Source: Octopus sinensis (taxonomy: Eukaryota). From it: 29,824 bases of DNA. The notes under the pieces are model-generated. The model worked only from the letters and a program-made list of their open reading frames with translations. It did no database searches and had not been told where the DNA came from. Position numbers and translations under genes: made by a program. This document shows positions 1-10,099 of this stretch, piece after piece. The DNA lies in the NCBI RefSeq assembly GCF_006345805.1, contig NW_021832711.1, forward strand, positions 1 to 29,824. Direction: 5' to 3'. Positions within the stretch are counted from its first letter, which is position 1; every line of letters begins with the position of its first letter.

Positions 1-1261
1 TATTTAAATCTGATCGAACAGATTAAGTTTTTATCTTTTCAAAAATAATTAGTAGTTATCGATCAGCAATCACTCTTATTTATCGTTTTCACTGCACTCA
101 CCGTTCTTTTACAAAAAATGACGTGATGCAATGCTGCTTTATAAGGATAATATGAACACGCTACTCCACACACACACAGACTATTACATACACACACACA
201 CATAAATATATGTTCACGCATACTGAGAAACGTATGCGCGCGTTCACACATACATACATACATGCACACACATGATTATATACCCATACGCAAGCATATG
301 GATGTACGCTTGCGCACCTTCACCTTAAACATTCTACAGTACATCCAAGTGCACCCCAATTATTAGGAGACCCCCATTTAATAGGGAAGCCTCACATACT
401 GACATACCACATCTGGTATTTGTTCATGGAAGAATTCAATCTTGTCCGTGTCTGTTTAACTACAACGTTTCCTGCTCCGCTGAACTAAATATAGAGGCCA
501 GCGGAAAACCCCAAAACTTCCTGAGCTTCTAAGGAATCCTTATAAGGAGCGCAAATCCACACAGGCATACACTTTATAATTGTAAGTAAGTATGCATGAG
601 AGTGCAAGCAGCTTACAATAATGAACTTTTACTTATTATCTTTTTGTTGTTTTTGCTTTTTGAAAATTTCATTTATTTCTTTCAATTTTTGTTTAATTTT
701 TTGATTTTTATTGAATCTTGGTTGTATTGTTTTTTTTTGTTTTTTTTTTTTGTTGGTTAGTTATTTTTAGCGTTTTGACAGAAAAATGTCATTCTAAAAT
801 TGTTTTTTAACGTAAGCGTGCCCAAGCAAGTCGAATGCTTACACAGAGCGGGTTTTACAGCCACATCATCCAATCTGCTAGTTTTAACATAAAGTACATA
901 CAAATTTAATCAATCTGAGAAAGTTAATAGAAATTATTCATGGTTTTTTTTCTACTGCGCGGCGAAGTCAGGTAATTATTGTCGAGGCTCGTTTGTGACC
1001 GACTCAACATTTATTTGGGTCAAGGACGTTTACTGCTTGAAAATTAAATTAAATTAATAATTGTTTTCTCAAATTCTAAAGACATCATATTTGCCAATAA
1101 GCAATACCTTATTAAATGGCAGGATATCAAACGAATCTTTCTCGAACGCGTTGCTTATATTGAATATTCTAGCGTCAGGTTCCAAATAAACTGTCTTATA
1201 CCCGTCTAATGCCCGTCGGTCCGGCTAGTCTTATAAAATTATGATTCAATGTGAAAATATT

Positions 1262-1712
1262 TCATTATTGTTGTTGTCGCTGTTGTTGTTGCCTTTGCAC
1301 AGCTTCTAACGCTAGAGGTATACTACGGTGTTAGCTGTTCACTACCAGTGAACTAAGATAACACCTCTTATTTTTCGAGCACCTTCCGGAGTATTCGAGC
1401 GGTTCCAAGCAGTGCTGTTTTCTGCAAGTGCTCCACCCTTATTGCAGCCCCTGTATGCATAAATATAGCACACATGTGAACGTGTAAGCGTGTTGTCTAT
1501 CAGATGTGACACATTGCCGGTTACAATACACATAGGCATTCTTTTAGCCTACACATGATGTCACGCCCGATGGCTAAGTGAGCCCCTGACAGAAAGTGGG
1601 GGCTGGTAGAATGTAGGACTGAAAAACACAGCGTGCTGCCCAATCTGGGAATCAGAACGTAGATCTAGCGATAGTGAGTGCAAAACTTAAGCATTTGGCC
1701 ACGCTCCTTTAC
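1262..1712 (-). mobile_element. Degenerate tRNA-head SINE carrying an R4/Dong-like LINE 3' end
   Basis: Minus-strand head with A-box-like TGGCCAAATGCT and B-box-like GTTCTGATTCC; 1368-1455 translates to ...EHLQKTALLGTARILRKVLEK*, a typical RLE-LINE C-terminus; (AAC)n/(AAT)n tail. Confidence 0.55.
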
Positions 1713-1722
1713 AAAAGAATAG

Positions 1723-1723
<1 letters not shown>

Positions 1724-1765
<42 letters not shown>

Positions 1766-1888
1766 TGTGTGTGTCTGTGTGTGATTATGTTTGAGTATGT
1801 ATACATACATACATACATGAATACATTCATATATATATGCACATACATACGTATATATATAAATACATATGTGTGTGTGAGCATATGA

Positions 1889-1938
<50 letters not shown>
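1724..1938. repeat. Compound (GT)n, (TACA)n and (TA)n microsatellites (duplicate at ~19897-20111)
   Basis: Direct reading. Confidence 0.97.
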
Positions 1939-1941
<3 letters not shown>

Positions 1942-2329
1942 TATAAAAAGTAAAAGTAAAAGTAAAAGAATCAAAAAGAAGAGTAAGTCCAGTTAGGCAG
2001 CTTTTTAATCCCTACTAATATATCGATACATACAGATGTTCGTATATGCAGTATTTAAAGTTACATTTAAATAACTTTTTGTAACGATTTACCTGTATAA
2101 GAAGATCTATATGTATCTCCTCAGGCGATACTCAGTTGGTGTCCCCATTAAGTAATTCTAGATTTCCATGCTACAGCATCCATTATGACTAGAATTGCTA
2201 GCATATCATACGAATACTACCGGCTATTTTGGGAATTCTAAGGGTGAACGAGCTCTATTTGTACTCGTATACGTTCTTAATAGAACACACCTCAACTGAC
2301 TATATATGAATATATATACTTATATATAT

Positions 2330-3213
2330 TGATAAAACGGTAAGATAACAAAAGAAAGAAAGAGACCTCAATATTATGTAAATAGAGGAAATTTATCTAT
2401 ACAATAATATGTTACTTTACTCGGTAGTCAAGATAAAACTCTGAGTTTCAGATGCCGAAGTGGAAATCCACAACACCATCTCTTCGGTTATCTGGCTATT
2501 TGAAAACGCTATGAAAAAATACCGTTAAATAAAGGGAAATTACTGTCTTATAACTCTGCTTGCCTGCGTACTTATACATCGCTCGTATTTTTCGTCATAA
2601 AAATTATATAAAAATACATAAAAAATATATAAAAATATATAAATATATATAAATTCTTCTTGGGACATAACATAGAAAGCATGTTCTATCTGTTTTCTTT
2701 AGGGGACCAAGAACGTAACAGAAATTTAGTCACATGTGGGCATGATCCGAAAAGCTCTGTCCTTGTATTTAGACATGTAGTAGGGTCTAAGCTGCTTTTC
2801 CAGATAAGCCATCTCTCCATGTCGCATAGACCGCACCTTCCGCTGCCGTTGGTATAGGGCTTACATCTGGCCAAAATCTTCCATTGTATGTTATAATCGA
2901 CACCTTTATCTCTTAAAGACCAAATATGATTAGATAATTGTGTCGCTTTTCTTTTGTTCCAGTGCCTAAAGCTCAAAGTGTGGTTATTGAACCTGGCCTT
3001 GAAATTACCCTCTGTAAGGCCCACGTATTTCTTCGTCGAAACGGTGTCTTTAGTGGTTATAGAGTTTGGCCAGATGTAAGCCCTATACCAACGGCAGCGG
3101 AAGGTGCGGTCTATGCGACATGGAGAGATGGCTTATCTGGAAAAGCAGCTTAGACCCTACTACATGTCTAAGACAGTAATTTCCCTTTATTTAACGGTAT
3201 TTTTTCATAGCGT
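2330..3213 (-). mobile_element. Penelope-like retroelement 3' fragment (GIY-YIG endonuclease C-terminal part, 3' UTR and inverted partial copy)
   Basis: 2686-3035 translates to KYVGLTEGNFKARFNNHTLSF...LSNHIW...IQWKILARCKPY...RCGLC..E...LNTRTEL...CPHVTKFLL, the PLE GIY-YIG signature; inverted repeats 2769-2875/3065-3171 and ~2505-2550/3169-3213. Confidence 0.88.
2431..2493 (-). ncRNA. Degenerate minimal type I hammerhead ribozyme in the Penelope 3' UTR
   Basis: Minus strand: AGATAA (stem I) CCGAAGA (core variant) GATG...GTGGATTTCCAC...CATC (stem II) T GAAA C-TCAGA-GT T TTATCT (stem I'). Palindromic ACTC-A-GAGT helix III, as in PLE minimal hammerheads. Confidence 0.62.
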
Positions 3214-3236
3214 TTACTTATATATATATATATATA

Positions 3237-4219
3237 TAAACGAGAAAAGAAGCAACAAGAATGGATTAGTTTTTAGTACAATTGTTTCATACAGACAGGC
3301 TTATTAAAAGTTGCAAATATTGCAGCAGATATGTATTTCCCTTAATGATAGCCTTTGACCCCTCAATCCCTTACCCTGTTCTCTCTTTAGATTCTCATAT
3401 CTGCTTTAGCTACTTCAGGTTGGCAATTAATAGCTGTTTACTGGTCAAAAATAATATTCTCCTTATAGTTCTTAGATTCCTGCAAATTCTAAGCCAGCCT
3501 GACCGTCTCCATATTTAAGAGACTTTTTTTCTGTGTAGGGCGTTACCTGCGACCCCTTCCCTCTCAGTTGTCACAGTATACTCTATGTGGGCGTTTTTTT
3601 CTTTTTTCTTTTTTCTTTTTTCTTTTTTCTTTCTTCTTTTTTCTTTTTTCTTCTTCTCTTTTTCTTTTTTTCTTTTTCTTTCTTTTCTTTTTTCTTTTCT
3701 TCTCTTTCCTTTTCTTTTCTTTGCTCCACAAAATTCCTTCAGCCTTTAGAAGTCATACCATAGCAGTTTTGTGAAGAGAATAGTAATGTGGCAAATACCT
3801 TATCATATAGCATGAAATTATACCCACCTCATTGTGGATTAACCATGGATAAATTCATCGTCTGTGAGTATGAAATACCTCCTCATATCTCTGGAAATTT
3901 ACACCTACACTATGGATGGATTAAACTTCTCTGTGAAGCTAATAAGCTTTTTTAAAACCTGTGATAAGACTGTGCATCATCATTAAAGAACTTTGGAAGT
4001 CTGTTTACAACCTGAATCTGCTTTTAATGAAATTATCTCCAATACTTCATGAGTGTAGCCTCACCCACTAAGATGTTTGGAGAACTCATATGTGTTTTAG
4101 CTGATGAGTACGGGACACTTTTATCTGCTGCAATATTTGCAACTTTTAATAAAGCCTGTCTTTGTATGAAACAATTGTACTAAAAACTAATCCATTCTTG
4201 TTGCTTCTTTTCTCGTTTA
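3237..4219. mobile_element. Non-autonomous TIR DNA transposon with ~95-bp TIRs and TA flanks (probably Tc1/mariner superfamily)
   Basis: taaacgagaaaagaagcaacaagaatgg...gcagcagata (3237-3331) is the reverse complement of ~4122-4219 apart from small indels; TA on both sides; no intact ORF. Confidence 0.8.
3594..3723. repeat. ~130-bp polypyrimidine (T/C) tract inside the TIR element (duplicate at ~21767-21896)
   Basis: Only T and C, (TTTTC)-like units. Confidence 0.95.
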
Positions 4220-4327
4220 TAATCACCCCACATTACTGTATTGGTTAACACCATATAGTCTTCTGGTGCATCTAAGTTAAGTACCGCATTCAAGTGAATT
4301 CATTAGAATTGACTTGAATCTTAATTG

Positions 4328-4332
<5 letters not shown>

Positions 4333-4371
<39 letters not shown>

Positions 4372-4424
4372 CACGCACACACACACACAGACACACACAC
4401 ACACACACATATATATATGTACAC
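4333..4424. repeat. (TA)n/(CA)n microsatellite (duplicate at ~22506-22597)
   Basis: Direct reading. Confidence 0.95.
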
Positions 4425-4532
4425 ACGATGGAGTGGACAGACGAACGAAGGGCACTCAACCAATATATTGGGAGTTACATGAATGGATCTTGATATTCAA
4501 GCGTGATCCTAGTCGTCAACCATTTTGAATTT

Positions 4533-6859
4533 GAATGACAGAAGTTGATTGTTATTAACGATTAAGAGTATGACGACAGGGTAATCCCCCGGTCCATCAG
4601 GAATTACTGCAGAGATGCTCAAAATATCTGGCAGTGTCGGCTATAGCCTAGTCACACGTAAAGTTAACCAGTTGATACACGAAGGAGTCATACCCAATGA
4701 CTGGTGTAGCAGTATAATAGTCAACTGCTACAAAGGTAAAGGTGATGCTTTAGATACAAATAATTACAGTGGTATCAAGCTGTTGGATCAGGTAATGAAG
4801 GTTACGGAGACGGCCATAGCCCAACTAATTAGGGAGAGAGTCAGATTGGATGAGATGCAGTTTGGTTTTGTGTCAGGGAAAAACACCACTGATGCTATAT
4901 TCCTGGTAAGACAGCTGCAGGAAAAATACCTAGCCAAAGATAAGCCCCTGTACCAGGCTTTCGTTGACATGGAGGAAGCCTTTGACAGGGTCCCCCGATC
5001 CCTTATCTGGTGATCATTGAGAAAACTAGGGATAGCGAATGGTTAGTGAGAGGCGTGCAAGCCATGTACAGGGACGCTGTCACTAAGGTGAGGGCTGGCA
5101 ACGAGTACACTGAAGAATTCAGGGTAGAGGTAGGGTTCAACCAGGGTTCAGTCCTCAGCCACCTCCTATTTATCAGAGTCCTCCAGCAATAACGGAGGAA
5201 TTCAAGACAGGATGCCCCTGGGACCTCCTTTATGCTGATGACCCTGTTCTAATTGCTGAGTCACTATCAGAACTAGAGGAAAAGTTTCAGGTGTGGAAAC
5301 AAGGATTAGAATCGAAGGGCCTTAGAGTCAACCTAGCTAAAACCAAAGTCCTAATAAGTAGGAAGGCAGGCAAACCACAAATCTCTTCAGGTAGATGGCC
5401 CTGCTCGATCTGTAGTAGAGGCGTAGGTAGAAACTCTATAAGATGTACCCAGTGTAAGCTATGGACACATAAGTGGTGCAGTAATATCAAAGGAAGGCTA
5501 ACGGGGAAGATAGTTTTGTATGTGGCAGATGCTCGGGAGCAATAAGCACTGAAAATGTGCAGAGAACAACTGCCACATTCCAGGGAGGTAAACTAGAAGT
5601 AGTTGATAGCTTCCGTTACCTAGGTGACCAGGTCAGTAGCGGGGGAGGGTGTGCTGAAAGTGTAGCTGCTAGAATAAAAATAGCTTGGGCAAAGTTCAGT
5701 GAGCTCTTACCCCTGCTGGTGACAAAGGGCCTCTCGCTCAGAGTAAAAGGTAGACTGTATGACGCTTGTGTACGAACAGCCATGCTACATGGCAGTGAAA
5801 CATGGGCTGTGACTGCTGAGGACATGCATAAGCTCGCAAGGAATGAAGCCAGTATGATCCGATGGATGTGTAATGTCAGTGTGCATACTCGACAGAGTGT
5901 GAGTACCATGAGAGAAATGTTGGACCTAAGAAGCATCAGATGTGGTGTGCAAGAGAGACGACTACGCTGGTATGGTCATGTGGCGAGAATGGATGAGGAT
6001 AGATGTGTGAAAAAGTGCCACACCCTAGCGGTTGAGTGAACCTGTGGAAGAAGTAGACCCTGGAAGACCTGGGATGAAGTGGTGAAGCACGACCTTCGAA
6101 ATTTAGACCTCACTAAAGAAATGACTAGTGACCGAGACTTTTGGAAATATGCTGTTCGTGAGAAGACCCGGCAAGCCAAATGAGACCATAATCTCGTGGC
6201 CTATGCCAGGAGCGTAACCAGCCCACTTATTCGTAACTTTTCCTTCTTTGGACACCAAAACTCTGCTTGCGAATACCTGTTGAGGCAAGTGAAATTAAAA
6301 TCAAAATCAAATTCGATGACTGGCGTCCGTGCTAGCGGGGTGCAAAGAGCACCATACGAGTGTGATCATTGACAGAGCGGCTAACCGGCTTCCGTGCAAG
6401 TGGCACTTAAAAGGCACCATTCGAATGTGATCGTTACCAGCGTCGCCTTACTGGTACTCGAGTCCCGTGCTAGTAGAGTATTAAGAGCACCATCCGAGCG
6501 TGATCGTTGCCAGAGTGGCTATCTGGCCTCCATGCCGGTGGCACGTAAAAGACACCATTTGAGTATGATCGTTACCAGCATCGCCTTACTGGCCCCTGTG
6601 CCGGTGGCATGTGTAAAAGATTCGAGCGAGGTCGTTGCCAGTACCGCCTGACTGGTCCCGTGCCGGTGGCACATAAAAGCACCCACTACACGCATCGGAG
6701 TGGTTGGTGTTAGGAAAGGCATCCAGCTGTAGAAACTCTGCCACATCAAGATTGAAGCCTGGTGCAGCCATCTGGTTCGCCAGCCCTTAGTCAAATCTTC
6801 CAACCCATGCTAGCATGGAAAGCGGGCGTTAAACGATAATGATTATGATGATGATGATG
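4533..6859 (+). mobile_element. 5'-truncated, frameshifted RTE-clade LINE (RT pseudogene plus 3' UTR with internal repeats and (GAT)n tail)
   Basis: Motifs SPGPSGITAEML, YKGKGD...NYSGIKLL, QFGF..GKNTTDAIF, AFVDMEEAFDRVPR, QGSVLS.LLF, LYADD, FRYLG, RRLRWYGHVARM; stops and frameshifts between fragments. Confidence 0.92.
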
Positions 6860-7149
6860 TACGTTGGGCTGAGATTCGTAGAGGAAGGTCACACGATATC
6901 GTGGTTTGATATTGGTGTATGGGTAAAAGTTAGTTGGAAAATGTCACATGAAGAACAGGAAATTGACCACGTGGAGTGCAGGAAATAGACGATGTGATGA
7001 TTAGAAATCGGTTTGGATATTGGGGTGTAAGTAGAAGGGGGTGGGCGTGAATATGCAAGTATATAGTTCTATATGTGGATGTGTAGACAGTCTCATATAA
7101 CTTTGCGTGTATCTGTATAGCGATGCGAATGAGCGTATCTATACATGGG

Positions 7150-7460
7150 AGCTCACGCACAAGTTTGCACACGCACACAAACACACACGCTTGGACGAAC
7201 ATGCAGGCGCACGTAAACACACATACACACATATAGGTAAGCATGCACACAAGCATGCGAATGCATATGTACATATGAATGAATACTCATGTGTGTATAT
7301 GGGCGTATGCGCGTGTATGTGTGTTTGTGTGTGTGCTCGCGTTTCTCCAAGCAAGTGTGTGTATATTTGTGTGTGTGTGTGTGTGTGTGTATGTGTGTGT
7401 GTGTGTGTGTATGTGTGTGTGTGTGTGTGTGTGTGAGTGTCTGTGTGTATTTGTGTGTAA
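7150..7460. repeat. CA/GT microsatellite mosaic (duplicate at ~25315-25620)
   Basis: Direct reading; source of several spurious ORFs. Confidence 0.9.
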
Positions 7461-7517
7461 GTCTGTGGGCGCCCATGTACATGAGCGCACATAAAGTTTG
7501 CTAAAAGTGACACCTAC

Positions 7518-7568
7518 CTTTATTTTGCATCATATTGTATATACTCAGTTTTGGTGTTTCCCCAGTCT
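7518..7568 (-). CDS. Cytoplasmic micro-exon class T, copy 1 (51 nt, phase 1-1): (E)TGETPKLSIYNMMQNK
   Basis: Identical to 25677-25727 including splice sites; carried by the 18-kb duplication. Confidence 0.7.
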
Positions 7569-7753
7569 CTGAGAAAAAAATAAGACAGTGAAAGGCATTT
7601 AAGTAAATTATAAATTAATAACATTTAATGAAAATATACAATAAATGTTCTAATACAATGAATATTTTATCATAAACATTCAGAAATTTAATGAAAATTT
7701 ATAAAATTGGAAAAATTCGATTTTTCTAATGCGCGTCGAGGTTTATTACTCAA

Positions 7754-8452
7754 GGGTCACCATAACCTTCTTTTTAAAGAACTTAGGTTTAGGGAAGTTT
7801 TTCGATGCTTCATTTTGGTGCAACCACTGCGAAGTTCGTTCTTTTTATTATTAGTGTACACAATCCACTTTTCATCGCAGGATACAATACGGTCGAGAAA
7901 TGCATCGGTCTAGTTACGGAGAAGAAGCGATGAACAAATTTTCTGATTTCAATTGAAATCGTAGGGTACCCATTTGTCGAAATGTTTTGAATTTCCGATC
8001 GCTGGCAGTTTTCTAGCAAACTTGAAATTTATTTACCAGTTCTCGAGTGATTTTATGTGGATCTTCCTCAATGACGGGTTTTAATTAAACGTCATCGATG
8101 ATACATGGGCGTTTACTACACTCATGTTCTACAGGTCTCAGGGCTCCACTGCGAAATCGTTGAAACCATTTTCGAGATGACCACTCACTGATCATTTCTT
8201 CACCAACATTTCGTTGATATCGCGAGCAGTTTCAGCTGATATACATCCATTTTTGAATTTGAATAGTAAAATTGTTTGAATATCGCGCTTTGACATTTCC
8301 ATTTCAGATGATTGCAACAGCGGTGAAAAAATATCGATATTAATCTATCGATGCATCTGGGAAGCCTAAGTCTGTATCATCAGACAATTGCCAAAACTTG
8401 TTTTAATAATCAAAAAATCTACAAAATAATGCTTACTTTTGACTCAATCTCA

Positions 8453-8455
<3 letters not shown>
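7754..8455 (-). mobile_element. Mariner transposon relic (left TIR plus N-terminal half of transposase, truncated after KKVMVT)
   Basis: ATG at 8302. With frameshifts: MEMSKRDIQTILLFKFKNG...AETARDINE...WFQRFRSG...KWVP...FLDRIVSCDEKWIVY...SQWL...PKPK..KKKVMVT. TIR-like atgagattgagtcaaaagtaagcatt at ~8429-8455 abuts (TA)n. Confidence 0.88.
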
Positions 8456-8597
<142 letters not shown>

Positions 8598-8865
8598 CGC
8601 CTGGCCCTCGTGCCGGTGGCACATAAAAAGCACCATCCGTTCGTGGCCGTTTGCCACCTCTGTCTGGCACCAGTGCGGGTGGCACGTAAAAAGCACCCAC
8701 TACAGTCACGGAGTGGTTGGCGTTAGGAAGGGCATCCAGCCGTAGAAACACTGCCAGATTTGACTGGGCCTGATGACGCCTTCTGGCTTCACAGACCCCA
8801 GTAGAACCGTCCAACCCATGCTAGCATGGAAAACGGACGCTAAATGATGATGATGATGATGATGA
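8598..8865 (+). mobile_element. SINE or 5'-truncated RTE 3'-UTR copy
   Basis: gtgccggtggcac..aaaagcacc, ggagtggttggcgttaggaagggcatccagc, aacccatgctagcatggaa and (GAT)n tail, all shared with the LINE end at 6644-6859. Confidence 0.85.
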
Positions 8866-8876
8866 TATATATATAA

Positions 8877-9130
8877 TTTATAGAAGGAGCTTCTACAGGA
8901 CTAGAACTGTTTCATTCAAAAGAAATCATCAGGAAGCTTGGTGATAGAATAGTTTTGGCATTTATACATTTAGGCAGATTTAAGTGGTGGTGGTGGGGGG
9001 GACTTTTTGGGGTAGGCATGGCGCAAACTGTCTTTCTTAGGGGAGTGGTCAAAAGAATCAGTGATAAAGTAGATAAAAGAATAAATAGAATAATAGAATA
9101 GAGTTTTAGGTAAATAAGAAGACTATCGCT

Positions 9131-9166
<36 letters not shown>

Positions 9167-9267
9167 TACACATATATATATATATATATATATATATGCA
9201 CCCATATACATACATATACGTACACACCCATACACATACTCATACATACACACATACATATATCCAT

Positions 9268-9306
<39 letters not shown>

Positions 9307-9433
9307 CAAATACACACATACATACATGCCAACATGCAAGCACATGCACACATATATCTACACACATATATATAAAAAGGAATATACACCCCCATACACA
9401 CACGCTCACATATATATATATACACATATATAT

Positions 9434-9463
<30 letters not shown>
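8877..9463. mobile_element. Truncated, inverted remnant of the long-TIR element
   Basis: Matches the reverse complement of ~27300-27870, including the right-arm-specific subterminal gataaaagaataaatagaat and the microsatellite mosaic. Confidence 0.85.
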
Positions 9464-9465
<2 letters not shown>

Positions 9466-9493
9466 CTGGTATTTGTTCATATATATATATATA

Positions 9494-9766
9494 TCATCAT
9501 CATCATCATCATCGTTTAACGTCCGTTCTCCATGCTAGCATGGGTTGGACGGTTCGACCGGGGATCTGGGAAGCCAGAAGGCTGCACCAGGCTCCAGTCT
9601 TATCTGGCAGGGTTTCTACATATGGATGCCCTTCCTAACGCCAACCACTCCGTGAGTGTAGTGGGTGCTTTTTACGTGCCACCTGCACAGGTGCCAGGCG
9701 AGGCTGGCAACGGCCACGGTTGGATTGGTGTATTTTATGTGCCACCGGCACGGAAGCCAGACGAGG
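9494..9766 (-). mobile_element. SINE or RTE 3'-UTR copy, minus strand
   Basis: (CAT)n followed by the reverse complement of the same tail. Confidence 0.85.
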
Positions 9767-10099
9767 CATGAATGTTTTAACATGAATGTTTTAACATGCA
9801 ATTTTAACCAACATTCAGAAAGTTAATGAAAAATTTTAAAAACTGAAGAAAATCTACATTTTAAAATGGCTGGCGAGTATAAAAATTATAGTTAGGCTTG
9901 ATTCAGCTCGACTCAACTTTTGTTTGGTCAAGCACTATAAGGTTTTCACCAGTAGCTTTTATCGTTTAATTCATTCATTATTTTCTTAACCCATGAAGAA
10001 ATCATATTGCCAAATGTGTTATGAGGAGGTCAATAAGGAATGCATGATTAAATGTCAAGATATCAAATGAATCTTTTTCAAAAGTATTGATTCTATTTA

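Noticed and set aside
2088-2125. Strong minus-strand donor CAG|gtaaat as another micro-exon
   Set aside because: No matching cassette flank, weak upstream acceptor and nearby in-frame stops.
3340-4120. Tc1-like transposase traces inside the 95-bp-TIR element
   Set aside because: Only faint resemblance (RLEFA-like, NIIF-like) across frameshifts; not enough to call.
6340-6720. Regularly recurring gcaccat/gtgatcgtt/gtgccggtggca motifs resembling a CRISPR array
   Set aside because: Degenerate internal repeats of the RTE 3' UTR; the intervening sequences are related to each other, the context is eukaryotic and there are no cas genes.
7107-7513. Overlapping ORFs rich in CV/TH/YI, also at 63-269, 1687-1884, 8912-9445, 25272-25672 and 27153-27769
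   Set aside because: Translations of (GT)n/(CA)n/(TA)n microsatellites, which lack stops in several frames.
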